DNA of 64,000 nt. Origin: Sphaerodactylus townsendi (taxonomy: Eukaryota). The position numbers and the translations under genes are program-made. The notes beneath the pieces were generated by a model, which was not told the DNA's origin, searched no databases, and saw only the letters and a list, made by a program, of their open reading frames with translations. Numbering within the stretch: position 1 is the stretch's first letter; every line of letters begins with the position of its first letter. The DNA lies in contig NC_059430.1 in the NCBI RefSeq assembly GCF_021028975.2, positions 35,216,001-35,280,000 on the forward strand, given 5' to 3'. Positions 26,532 to 39,150 of the stretch are shown here, one piece after another.

Positions 26532-28028
26532 CTAGTCTCTCATTGAGGAGCATAAATTCCAGACCTTTTACCATTTTGGTCACTCTCCTCTGGGCATTCT
26601 CCAGCTTGTCTATATCCTTCTTGAATTGTGGTGTCCAAAACTGGACTCAGTATTCCAGGTATGGTATGACCAATGCAGAATAGACAGGTACTATTATGCC
26701 ACTAGACACAAACTCCAGACTGAAGGATCTGTGGGCTGACACGATCTGTGTCTGACTCCTCACAACTGTTTGTCTCTCCACACAGTCTCAATTCCCCCAA
26801 CCCCTCCTGACAGGCTTCTTCCTGCTTTTATAGCAGACAGCACACCCTATCTGTGGCTACCAGCTATAGCATTATAGCCCAGCCAATCAGGTTGCGCTCT
26901 AGCTGTTACTGTGGTTTTTTGCTCTGGCTAACTGCACCTTTGCAAATTAACCCCATAAGAGCCTACTCCGTCACAGCATGCAAACAACTCCATTTGTCTT
27001 GCTTAAACTCAGGGCCTAGTTTAGGGTTACCTCCGACTGGCAGAGGGAAAAAAAGCAATGTTGCTATGCTACTATGTTTCTTCTGGGAAAAACCTGGAAG
27101 TGAGGTAGGGTAGCTCTAGGAATCACTGGAAATCTAGTGATTCCTAGAGCTACCCTATACCATTTCTGGGTTTTCCAGGGAATGGGTATAGCAGTGCAGA
27201 TTATGTTGTGCCCCTCCCATATGTCCTAGCCCAGGTCTTCCTCCAATTGCCCAGCACAGCCTGACATCTCTAGTCTGGTTGCTTGCTATATTGGAGATCA
27301 AGATTTTCCTCCTAAGGCAGGTTAGATGGGAAACTAGCACTTTACTTGTATGTGTGAATTATTTTGTGAATTATTTTAATTTGTTTACAGTTCACCACTC
27401 CTTTGTTGCATTGCCTGTGCTCTTTCTGCCTGGGACCAGTTCCAGTACTGATCATGAAAGCCAAATGTGTGAGAAAAGGGAGAAAGGGGGACAGTCCTGC
27501 TTCTCAACAAGCCTCCCCAGCATTATGGTTCCGTTCTCCATCCTTGTGGCTTGTGCTCATATTCCCCTGTGCTATATTTTCAGGCAGCAGCATGAAGAAT
27601 CACAGAAAGAACTTCCGTGTCATGAATCGCAAAAAGTTTCTTTTCTTAGAGGGTGGAAATTAGCAGGTTTCACGAGCATGCACAATGGGTGTATTTAAAC
27701 TTCAACCTCTGCTGCTTTGCTGAAAAATGTTGAACAATCTCGCTGTATTATTTATAAAACTGGTCTTAGCTATGTCCACTGCAAGAGGAAAAAGGAATCA
27801 AATCAATAAGATAAATGCTAACTCCAACAACCTTGAACTCCTATTGATGGGTAGGAGCAGGGAGAGATTTGAGAAATCGATACAGCTATCCCTAAAATTT
27901 AAATGCAATTGATTGAAAAAATGTAAAGAAAACAGAAGAGACTCCACTGCGAGGTTTGATTTTTAAGAAACAGGCCTCAATTGTCTGTCTCATGTAGGGT
28001 CCAGGTGCTGAGTCACAAGTCGAAAGCA

Positions 28029-28532
28029 CAGTGGAACTTCGGTTTTCATTGCCTTCGGTTTTCATCGGTTTCGGTTTTCATCACTGTTTCAGTGAAAAAT
28101 CTATCTCGGTTTTCATCGATTTGCCTCAGTTTTCATCGATTTGCAGTAAGCTGCAGGGGTTTGTGGAGAAAAATCACCCGGACAAAGCTGTTGCAGGCTG
28201 TGTCTGCAACTTGTTTAATGACAATGTCTTGCCCCATTTCAGACAAACCTTAAAGAGGCGTAGGAAACAGACTTCTTTGGACAGCTTTCTGGTGCGACAT
28301 TCGTCCAATGGCTCTGAAGCTGGTCCTAATGTTATTGTTTGTTACAGTTTTCAGCATTAAACACTATGTTTATTCACCAAAAATGTGTTTTGATATGTCT
28401 TTTGGAGTGCCTAGAATTGATTAATTGGATTTACATTGATTCCTATGGAAAAGTTTGCCTTGGTTTTCACCGGTTTTGGTTTTCATCGATTCTTTTCGGA
28501 CAGATTACCAACAAAAACCGAAGGCAGCATTG
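28029..28532 (+). mobile_element. Tigger/pogo-type internally deleted DNA transposon
   Basis: TIR cagtggaacttcggtttt, subterminal cggttttcatc repeats, transposase C-terminal remnant FVEKNHPDK..FNDNVLPHFRQTLKRRRKQTSLDSFL. Confidence 0.85.
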
Positions 28533-30409
28533 GTGTGCTTGGATAGAATATGATGCAAGTCAGTGATTCCAAACAGTTTCCTGTGAATTCTGTGTGAGAA
28601 ATCCCATTTAGTTAAGCTAGCACATAGATTAGGCGATGAGAATTAAAACCAAAAAATAAGAATACACACATGTGGACTTATACATATATATGTTACCAAG
28701 GATTTTCAAAGGTGACATTTACCAATGGGAAAACATATACCGGTACTTCCAAACCATACTGTTCTGTTACACAAAGATGGGAATGTCTCAACTTTAATAT
28801 GATCTTGTTATTAAGGGTCGGTAAACTGTAGTTGCCAATGTTGAATTGGCAATTTCACAGATGCCCCTTTATAATAACTATATATTTGGAATGAAACATA
28901 ATTAGGGAAAAATTCATACCTCCATCAAGTGCAATGTTTGCTCTTTTCTCTTCCACAGGAAAAAAAAATCTTTGCATATGTTGCCACAAATATTCTGCTG
29001 CAAGAGGAATGGGAAGTGTAACTAATTTTCTCTGGATTTGGGCAAGGGTCTTTAACACAGTATGCAGTTGTTCATATTCCAAGACACAGCTGCTTCATTG
29101 TCACTGTTCACAATCACATGCAATATCAGAACTTCTCTATATCCTTTGAAAATATATCAGTGGATCAGGTCAGTTTCTGAACTTGAGTTTTGAAGTTAAA
29201 GTGCATATTAAGTTTTTCCACTCTTGTAATTCAAGGGTGACGAACTTTCAAAAGCAAAACTAAAGAATGCTGAATGTTTGAGTTAAATCAATGGCATCTC
29301 TTGGCTTAGCCAGTTTATGTGTCCAAATGGGAGAGGGAAATTGGAAAGAAAAGCCAAGGGCAGACAGAAACCTATTTCGGAGGAATCAGAAGAGCCATCC
29401 TAAAGACATTTTACTGGAAGTAAGCTCCACTGAATACCATGAGACTTACTTCTCAGTAAACCTACTTAGGATTGCTCTTAGTATTTCCAGCTTGGGGGTA
29501 TGATATGGCTCTCATTTTTCCCTCTTATCACTCAGGCTGATTGATAACAAGTCAGCATTAAAATTAGTTCTTTTAAACAGCATTCTCAAGAATAGGACAA
29601 TTTCCATGCTTGGGAATTGTATATCCTTGGGTATATCTACCTAGGTTCTTATATTCAATTATAAGCTTTGCTTCAAAAAAGAAATGAAGCTTCACTCCTG
29701 GGGAAGATGTTTCAAGGTGATAGTTCCACTTTGGGGGCTTCTAGAGAAAGTCACACTTTCAGCTTCATGTGTAAAAATGCCCAGCCTGAGGGGTGCAAGA
29801 GTCACCTGGCATTTTTATAGCATGCGAGGTATTATTGCTTTGTTGAAATTCAAATAGATAACACTATTAAAAATGAAGTGGGTTTTCTTCACTTGTAGAA
29901 AAGCTTTAAACTCCGCCACCACTATTCTATTTACAAATGGTGTGAAACATTTACCTCAAGCACATTAAAAAGATTTAGCAAGCAATGTCCCAGAGAAGAA
30001 ATGGACAATAATTCCAACAGATTCTCAATGAAATATGTCCTCAAGAAATACGTCAACCAACAAAAGAAGGAATTGCATGGAGTGAAATCAAAATGTCAAA
30101 ATCAAAATGTGAAAACACATGCTATGTCTCTCTTGTGTCTTGGGGCTAGTCACAGTTCTCTCAGCACTCTCTCAGCCCCATCTGCCTCACACGGTATCTG
30201 TTGTAGGGAGAGGAAGGAAATTGTAAGCGGCTTTCAGACTCCTTATGATAGGGAAACGTATGCTATGAAAACTAAGCCTTCATCTTTAACAACTCTTAAC
30301 ACAACATAAAAAGTAGAGTACCAAATAACCCCTCTATCTTCAAAAGAAGGCTGCAGTCCAAACCCTGTTAGAAGCCCTGGTAAATACAATGGCCTTGCAG
30401 AGCATCCTG

Positions 30410-30640
30410 AACATTTATAGTGATGGTACCTGCCTCACTTCCTCAGGGAGTTTCTCCGGGAGCCTGATCCACAGAGTGAAGCTACAATGCCTGAGGACAG
30501 AAACATATGGGCAGAGCCAGTCCTTTAGAACAGTTCCGAAGTTACATATCAGCACTGTGAACTGAGCCTTCAAGCTAATTGGCAGCCAGCACAGTTGCTG
30601 CAGAATAGGCTGAATACATTTCCATCTTTTTGCCTCAAAT
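30410..30640 (-). mobile_element. L2 LINE fragment
   Basis: IQPILQQLCWLPISLKAQFTVLI motif. Confidence 0.7.
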
Positions 30641-31649
30641 GACATTCTACCACTTCCTCACAGACAAAGGAGTTCTTGCCAGCATCCCACAAACTGGGAA
30701 AATGTCCCTTGCTTCCGATTTGGCTTTATCAGTTCAGAGCAGGTGTATGGCAAGCGATGGTGCACCTCACAGGCAAGGCTGAGCCACTGTGCCTCTCTCT
30801 GTCCCATGCCCACCCCTACAGAAATGAATGCCAAGCATCTCAAATGCCCAGGAAAGCAGCAGATGCAAGACTTATTTGTCTTTGCCAGATTTTCTAATTT
30901 CCCTAATTCTGATTTTTAAATAAGAGCTGACCTTTACACTTCCTCCTCCATCAGGATCCAGAGTGATTATCTTTCTAGTTAAAGAGTTAGAGCGGGATGT
31001 CTGAAATAAGGTCCCTTTTGAATGACTAATATATGTATTGAGGAGCTTCGTTAGCTTTGATCTCTTATCACATAGTGCATGGAGAGCTCTCTCTTTCTCT
31101 CTCCCAGCCCCTCTCTGTCTAATCAGAGGTGTCACACCTCCATGGAGGTAAATTGGGTTTATTTGAGAAGGAAAATTAAATTAAGTCTGGTTAGGAATTA
31201 ATTGACAGCCTGGGCTTAATCTATCACATTATTCTGTTGGTTTCATATCATGATAAAATAAGATCTACGGACCAGGTTTTATGCCTCGTGAAGGGGGGAA
31301 GCCCTGCCTCAATGGCAGCAACCCCTGAAACGGAACAAAGATGCTTGAGAGAGTAGAAATGAAATCCAAAAGAACTAATAAGCTTTTGAACTTCAGATTT
31401 TTGAAATGGAAAACCCAGGCTTAGGAAAAGCCTTTAAAAGGGTTTTTTTTTGGAGATTCAAAATAATTGGCTTTGTCCTTAAGGGTCTCATTAGCCATAA
31501 AAGAGGACAAGTGATTGCTACCAACTTTCACCCTGGAAAAGGTATGATGGGTCATTGTTGCATTCAGCATTTCTAAATACTCCTGCAATCATTTTACTTC
31601 TTCTTGCCCTTCACTGCCTTTGGCTTTCTTTACCCACAGCACTGTTTAA

Positions 31650-31843
31650 TCATAGGTCAGTGGCAGTGCATCTGCTTTGTATGCAGAAGGTCCCAAGTTC
31701 AACCCCTGGCATCTCCAGTTAAAAGTATCAAGTCACAGGAGCTGTACAAGATCTCTCACCTGAGGCCATGGAAAGATGCTGTCAGAGTAGACAATACTGA
31801 CCTTGACACATGGTTTGACTCAGTCTAAGGCAGCTTCATATGT
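31650..31843 (+). mobile_element. Squam2-like tRNA SINE
   Basis: tcagtggcag..gcagaaggtcccaagttcaacccctggcatctcc head; aaggcagcttcatatgtt tail. Confidence 0.75.
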
Positions 31844-31954
31844 TCTTGTGTCATCCTGCTGGATTTCTGAATTTCTTATATAATGTTATCACACACTCTA
31901 AGAAAATTATGTGGGTTACCCAAACCAATCAGATTAAATAGAAAGATAACCAAA

Positions 31955-32252
31955 TGAAGAAGAAGAATTGGATTTATATCCCCCTTTCTCTCCTGTAAGG
32001 AGACTCAAAGGGGCTGACAAACTCCTTTCCCTTCCCCCGCCCCAACAAACACCCTGTGAAGTAGGTGGGTCTGAGAGAGTTCAGAAGAACTGTGACTAGC
32101 CCAAGGTTACCCAGCTGGCATGTGTTGGAGTGTACAGGCTAATCTGAATTCCCCAGATAAGCCTCCACAGCTCAAGTGGCAGAGCAGGGAATCAAACCCG
32201 GTTCCTCCAGATTAGAGTACACCTACTCTTAACCATTACGCCACTGTTGCTC
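31955..32252 (-). mobile_element. Young Squam3-like SINE (long subfamily)
   Basis: Full length, with extra ggctaatctgaattccccagataagcc segment; caaatgaag repeated on both sides as probable TSD. Confidence 0.9.
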
Positions 32253-32341
32253 CTATTCAAATGAAGCTGAAGCATTTGAATCGAAGGGGGAAAATGTTAA
32301 AGTTATTTACATTTCCACTTTAAAAAATATATTCAAAGCAT

Positions 32342-32542
32342 AACAACAACAACAACAACAACAATAACAACAACAACAACAATGCCATCAAGTGGTAACC
32401 AGCTTTTGGTGACCCTTCATGGCGTTTTCAAGGCAAGACATGAGTAGTGGTAGTTTGCCATTGGCTTCCTCTGCATGGTCTTCCATGGTGATCTCCAAGT
32501 ACTAACCATGGTCAACTTTGCTCATGTTTCAAGCTCTGACAA
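32342..32542 (-). mobile_element. 5S-Sauria-like SINE with adjoining (AAC)n
   Basis: ttttcaaggcaagac..gtttgccattggcttcctctgc..ccaagtactaacc; (AAC)n at 32342-32382. Confidence 0.65.
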
Positions 32543-33485
32543 GCTTACACATTAAAATATCTGCATATAAAACAAACAAAAACACTGAAAAGGCACTGGG
32601 CACTGTGACAGACAGTTGCATAATGATGAGTTATCCTGGTCATCAAATCTTGAGTGACAGGAGGTTTGAAAAGGAACCCCCCCCCCCCCAAGAACTCTAC
32701 AAGTGCCAATTGAGAGAGATCAATACAGAAACTGACAGTTGGGAACTGACTGTTGAAGCTGACAGTTGAGGCTAGTAGCTGATGTGAGAAAAACATATTT
32801 GTTTAGGATCAGGAAGAATCCTGTGCATGTGAGGGAAGTAATGAGAGTGTCCTTCCCTAAAGGAAATAGCTATTAAGTAAATATGGTGATCCCTAACCAG
32901 TTTTACAGGAGAAGATTGGGGGAAATTATGACCTATTACACACAAAGTATTTGCTGCATGGTGGAGGTCAATGTCTGTTGCAGCAAGATTTATTGTACCG
33001 ACATATTTCTTCTAGCCCTGCTTTCACTTTCCACTCTCTCTGGGGCAAGCAAATCTAATTATAGCAAAATTTTAATTTTGCTTTGCTGCCAGAGGGGGAC
33101 AGATTTGTCAGGGGGGACAGCTTTGCTGTGAACCTCTTCTCTCTGCCCACAGCCAGCCTGCCTAGTCTTACCTCCGCACTCCTTCATGCTACTTTACACA
33201 CTTTCCCCACACCCTCCTCCCTGTTGCCCACTACCTCCTGTTTCTTGTCCTGCAGAATCATTTCTATTGGCCACGACCTCCCTGCTCCTGCATATCTTTA
33301 GATTGCTTTCAAAAAATTAAATAACCATACCAATAGACAGATAGATAAATTGATACCAACCCATTAAATATGTAAAAATAATGAGACTAGTTGATCAAAC
33401 ACCCAATTTGCCACTGCATTTCATCCACAAACTGGGATGTCTCCAGCCTTTCAGTTTTATACACAAGCAATCAGTGATTCTAGAG

Positions 33486-33624
33486 CAGGGGTCTGCAACC
33501 TGTGGCTCTCCAGATGTTCATGAACTACAATTCCCATCAGCCCCTGCCAGCATGGCATGCTGGCAGGGGCTGATGAGAATTGTAGTTCATGAACATCTGG
33601 AGAGCCGCAGGTTGCAGACCCCTG
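33486..33624. mobile_element. Palindromic hAT (Charlie-type) MITE
   Basis: caggggtctgcaacc...ggttgcagacccctg hairpin; 8-bp TSD ttctagag/ttctagaa. Confidence 0.95.
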
Positions 33625-33934
33625 TTCTAGAACCACACTAGGTCTTGATTCTTGGGTTTACAGTACACTGAGAGATGGACAATTGTAAATCTGGGGCGCT
33701 TAGCAAATGGCAGTTCACATTGTCCTTTTGCAGTTTTTAAGTTGTCACACCACCATTATTGCTCTATCACTTCCCATCATAAAAGATAATCAGTGTTCAG
33801 GCAAAGTGTATAGATGCCATATTTAAGCCTTTTCTGTAATAGTTCACATTTTATGTTGATACATTGGTCTATCGATAAATAGGTTGATAGACTGATATAT
33901 CAATCTATTGGTAAGATTAAAAACAAAAATTAAT

Positions 33935-34420
33935 GGCCGTTTCCGCACGAAGGCCGACCCGACGACGCTGGGACAGTCCGCATGGACGGTCCTGGGAACA
34001 GCCGGGCAGCCGGCGCCACAGAGCGCCGGCGCCCGGCCAACCCGGCACGTCCCCGGGCCTCTGGCGCGTCACCAAGGCCTGTGGACATGCCCCCTGGCCC
34101 TGTGCACCTGCTCCAGCGGTGCAGGGCAGGGGGGCGTGTCCCCAGGCCTCGGCGACACGCTGGAGGCCCGGGGACAAGGTAAGTGCCGGGTGGGGGAGGC
34201 GCTGTGAAGCTGCTGCCGTTCGCTCAGCAGCGGCTTCATGGTGGCGTTTCCCCAAAAAGAGTGCTGGGAAGCGCTCTGGGGAAACGCTGGCTTCAGGCCG
34301 GGCGGGCGGCGCGAGGGCGGCGCGGCTGCATTGCAGCTGCGCCCCCCGTGCAAATGGCGGCCTGGAGACAGCGTTTTTACCGTCTCCAGGCCACCATTTA
34401 ATGCCCGTGCGGAAACGGCC
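33935..34420. mobile_element. CpG-rich Harbinger-type non-autonomous element A
   Basis: Perfect 15-bp TIR ggccgtttccgcacg / cgtgcggaaacggcc; TSD AAT/AAT. Confidence 0.93.
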
Positions 34421-36038
34421 AATGATTGTATTAAAATCATTAGAGAACCCATGAAACATGCCCCCCTCCAATGCGAGCAAAAAGCCAACTGAAATGGCTG
34501 CCCCACTGCAAACAGGAAAGTGGGTAATAATACCAAACATGCTCTAAAACAAACATTCCCTGACTAATTCTCTTTGAAATCGTGGAAACCTCACCTTGCT
34601 TAATTGGCCTTATGCATGTATTCCTGACTTTTCCAGCACAAGAAATAGTGTTTCAAGAAGTTTATATTTAGCTTAGCAGTGACTGCCAAGTGAACGTTTT
34701 CTCCGTACATATCAAAAGTATCAACACCTGTCAGTGAAAGACATCATATACATCCTGATAACAAAATATCTATTCATAAAGATCTCAAGTTTCCTCATTC
34801 TATTGTATTGTTACCAGCCAAGTTTATTTTCCAAAACTTTCTTATTAACCTGAGTTTTCCATTCGTCCCAAATGAGACAAATAAAGCCATTTTGAATTTT
34901 TATTCCATTAAACATGGTGGGTGAGTGATGTGCCAGACATTTTAAGTTTGGGTCCAAAAAAGAACAAGAGACAAGTTGAAAGTCTTAGGAGTGATAGTAG
35001 TGGCTGGTGAAGAAAGAAAAAAAATCAGTCATAGGAGCATTAAAAATTCACTGGAGACTAAAGATGTCCTACCATTGCACCTAAAGAAAATAAAATTGCT
35101 TCCAGGTAACCATCTATGGAGAGTGTTTTCCACATCAAGGGTGTTAGTTATAGAAAGTGCCATAACTGATAATGACTACCTAACCTCAGAAGGCAAAATA
35201 CCCAGATCAGGACTTGGAAAGAGGGCTATATTCATAGGTGAGCAGGTGGTCTTTGAGATAGCCTAATCAGTCATTTTGGGGATTATGAATCATACATCCA
35301 TTCCTCTTTTTCTTCCTTCTCCTGCCAAGCACCATTTCCTAGCCCACTCATGCAGCTATTGCAGATGCTGTAACAGCTGCAGCAAGATAAGTAGAATTGG
35401 GGAAGTTGTGTTGGAGAAGGCTTCGTGTGTACAAATCTTGTGAAGAAAGCCTGCATTGCTCCCAATGACATCAATGGAAACACCACCTATTTCTAGATCC
35501 ACTCCAGCACATTGTGCTTGAATGGATCACATTTTCAGGTATAAAAGGTTCTGAGAGAGCTAGGTTCTTTGATCTCAGGATTTGCTAGTTCCCAGTGCTG
35601 GAATGAGATGGGGAATCTTCAATGGACGAGGAAGATCCTGTTGCGTACAAGTGACGATGAAGTGGAGTCAGTGCCCACAGACGGCAGTGGATTTGGAGAA
35701 GACCCTTGGACTCATGGAATCTAGGGATCCATTGCCTTCTGTCTGGACTTCTTTTCCAGTCCAGGAACTCCTAGACCCCTGAACAGAGATAAAAGTGAAT
35801 TTGAGCCAGAACCCATATCTGAAGAGGGACCATTTATTCAGCAGAACACCACTAGTGAAAGCAGGAGGTAGTAGCCACAAAATTTGAGACAAAATCCTTG
35901 AGTTATGACCTGGAAGCTGATGGGACACCGCCTGGTTAGAGAGCTCTTCTCCTTGCCCTGCTTGACAGCTCTCTCATCTCACCAGCAGAAAGAGAACTGT
36001 CTACTGCTGGTAGGAATGGGATCTGTAGTTTATTTAAT

Positions 36039-36256
36039 TATACTCTATCCCACCAAAAGATCTCAGAAGATTTGTGAATTAATCTGCCTTTTCCTGGACC
36101 ATCTTTTTTCTAGAATTCTCCTCTTGGGTCCTGAGCCTTGGGGACAGAATTAGGTAAGCACTAGGACCCAAGCAGGCCATTCTAGAACAAAGATGGTCCA
36201 GGAAATGACAGATTAATTCACAAATCTCCTGAGATCTTTCAGTGGGACAAAGTATA
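36039..36256. mobile_element. Fold-back MITE, probably Tc1/mariner type
   Basis: About 95-bp imperfect inverted arms (tactctatcccac..aggacc..gtgggacaaagta), TA on both sides. Confidence 0.75.
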
Positions 36257-37483
36257 GAACATAGTTCATCATATGAATATTCTGGAAGTAATTTATGGTA
36301 CTCAGAGAGATGTAATTCATTGCATTGTGATGGTGGAGTGCTCCCTACAGTAGGATTAGGAGATCATCAGAAACAAATGTGTACTGCCTAATTATCTACA
36401 TATAGCATTGACAATTAATGTAGCTGTTAAGCTACATGAAAGAATTAATGACACAATTGTAACAGATGCAATGGAAAACAGAAAGATGTTGACATATGTA
36501 GAACTGTCAAATTATGTTGAAATTATAATTTCCAGTTTCTGAAAGTTATTTTGTTTTTCAAGAGATGATATTGGTAAATTGATTACAAAGAATTTTAAAA
36601 GATGTCTGAAGCTGTTATCTGAAGAGCTGTAGCCTCTGAAGTACAAAAAAGGATATAATTTTCTTAGAAACTGCAAACAATGGCCTAATTTGCACTCAGT
36701 CTGTGATGTTTATAGTTTTGGGGTTTTTTTGTCTAGCCTGTTTTGAATATTTACTCAACAAACTGAACATAGTAGTAACACTAATAATGCCATTACTAAT
36801 AATAAATGATGGCAGCTTGGAACTAATAAGAGTAAGCATATGCATTACATAGAATTATAATCAGCAAGACATTTTTACAGGCATGTTGTAAAACTGTGTT
36901 CCTGCCCCCACAGGTATATTACAGGCCAACTAGAAAGCTATCATTAACTCCATTTACTCACTTCAGAGGCAACTGAAAGAGTTATGGGGCGTGATCAAAT
37001 AAGAGAGAACTTCCCATGGTTAACTGAACTTAGATCTATCAGCTGCTGGGGCGGGGGGGGGGGGGGGGGGAGGCACAAGAAGAAGGAATAACAGTCATGT
37101 TTATACTTTTCAGTGGAGATATGCAAAAGATGCACAAGATGCCACTGAAAAGGCAGAGAAGTTATGGGATTGCTATCAATTGCCAGGGCAGTCCAATGGA
37201 TCGGGGAATGTCTAAAAGATGATGGATGCAGGGCAACCTGTTTATATTATGGGGTGGTGATAGGAAATGGCTATCCAACTATGCTGAGGAGCGAGTAGGT
37301 TGTGTCACAGTGGGACCATATGTCCTTTGAACACAGAGGATCCCAGGTACAATCCCTAGCATCCTCATGTGCTTTGCACGTATGTCCATAAGTATTAGAA
37401 TTCATGAGTGTGCCTCAGGGAGTCTCCAAATGTGGTACAAGAAAGAACATTTTTAAAGGCTGATATCAACACAATGCTCTGAA

Positions 37484-37690
37484 CTGGATAGCTCAGGCTA
37501 GCCTGATCTCATCAGATATGCAAAACTAAGCAGTCAAGGAATGGAGATGGCTGAGTTAGGAATGGGTGATGGCCAAGAAAGTCCAGGGTTGCTGTACAGA
37601 GGTAGGCAATGGCAAACTACCTCTGAATGTCTCTTGCCTTAAAAAGCCTATAGAGTCCCCATAAATCATCTGAACTTGCAACTTGAAGAC
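37484..37690 (+). mobile_element. 5S-Sauria-like SINE
   Basis: ggatagctcaggctagcctgatctcatcagat 5S-like head; ggcaatggcaaactacctctg..tcttgcctt BovB/Sauria-like tail. Confidence 0.75.
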
Positions 37691-37822
37691 AAACAAACAA
37701 ACCAATAGGCGGGGAAGAGGCTGTCATCATAATATACAGCTCTGAATTTGCTTTCTTCCAACTCTACATGGCTGTGACCCAATAATTCCACAACATCTCT
37801 GCATCAACATTTTATTTACTTT

Positions 37823-37963
37823 GGCCCCTTCCGCACATGCAAAATAATGCATTTTCAAACCACTTTCACAACTGTTTGCAAGTCGATTTTGCTTTTCCTC
37901 AAAGCTTCAAAGAGCACTGAAAGCAGTTTGAAAATGCATTATTCTGCATGTGCAGAATGAGCC
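37823..37963. mobile_element. 141-bp Harbinger-type MITE, copy 5
   Basis: Same TIRs and body as copies 1-4; flanks ttt/tta. Confidence 0.92.
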
Positions 37964-38062
37964 TTAGGTATTTAGTAAATTTTTATTCCATCTTTCCTGC
38001 AAGAAATTTATGGCAGCATATACCCATTCTCATTTCTCTCATTTTACCATCACATGACCTAC

Positions 38063-39150
38063 CTAAGAGTTAGGTCAGGATGAGGCAGCATAACTGGGAC
38101 ATGATAGAGACACGGTGGAGGAAGGCATGAGGTGAAGAATGTGAACAGGGAAAACATTTTATTAGTATCAGTGTCGAGGTTGCTCAGAATACCCCCAGTC
38201 TCTCTAGTATGCACCCAGGGGAGAGGTGGAGACCTGACACCTGCCTGGTCTTCTGCTGCCACTCCTTGCTTTGCTTTCCCATCTCAGAAGAAATCAGTAA
38301 CAGACAAGTGACTGGGTTTCTGGGCTCTTGTCCAAAGCAGTGAGCAGATCAGAGAAAGGTAAAACAGAGGTTGCCAAGGCTGAGAATAAATCTTCCCTTC
38401 TCCTCTGAGATCAAAGGTGAGGAGATGGAGAGTGTGCCAGTTCAGGACCATGATATCATCACCCCATGCTCCACATATGGCAACTGCACCCTAACCCTGG
38501 CAATGCATATTGTTGCCACCTGGCTGGATTTGGCACAATGTCAACAATGGCTGGATTAACACCAGGAGACAATGCTGAGAGATGTGACCTGGCAAACATG
38601 GGAGAGTCCTTGTCTGGTGCCAATGCCCTGGGTTGAGCCTGGGACATCAGGACTTAGCTCTTCCATCTTTCTAAGTTAGGGTCAGAAGATGTCATAGAGG
38701 ACTTCCTCACAGAATTCAAGCACACAGTAAAGGTTGTTCAGCAACCTAAAGCCCAGTGCAGCTACATATTGGGTCCATATCTGACAGATAGGGCTAAAAC
38801 CACTCTATGAACCTTTACAAAGGAAGGGTCCACTTATGACAAACTTAAACAAGCCATTCTGGGCCACTATTAAACAGTGGGCAAAACAAACCAACAGTGG
38901 GCTAAGAGGTAGCTCTAGCTTTGGGGGTGAAGAAAATTCATTTTCTCCATTCATGACTGGTGACCTTTCATGGCCTTTCCTGTTGCATTTCCTGGCTCTC
39001 CTTCCACATCTTGGGGGTTCAGGTGTTGGCAGTGGGTGGGCAGTTGGAGCCGTTCCAAGCTCAATTGGGGGCACTAGACATTTGGGCCAAGATAGCATAG
39101 GCAGCACTTATACTAACTGCTAGGTAGATGCCTCTGTTTCTAGCCAGTGT
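38063..39150 (-). pseudogene. Possible decayed S/P-rich coding exon
   Basis: Successive protein-like minus frames (PPIELGTAPTAHPLPTPEPP..; SQAQPRALAPDKDSPM..; AAEDQAGVRSPPLP..) with stops and frameshifts; candidate donor AG|gtaggt at ~38062. Confidence 0.3.

Larger units (their letters stand above)
25640..26690 (-). mobile_element. CR1 LINE 3' portion interrupted by two DNA elements
   Basis: CR1 3' end (atcatggagttggaagagacctc..ccagtccaacc); LGMFNLEKRQLRGDIITMFKYLQECH; [23 protein letters not shown] segment at 26590-26660. Confidence 0.9.

Noticed and set aside
28039-28140. Spaced cggttttcatc repeats resembling a CRISPR or iteron array
   Set aside because: Subterminal repeats of a Tigger-type transposon in a eukaryotic genome.
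33908-34540. Overlapping 150-210 aa ORFs (also 49209-49920, 56283-56577, 60890-61327)
   Set aside because: Stop-codon scarcity in GC-rich MITEs; ORFs cross element boundaries and have no domain signature.
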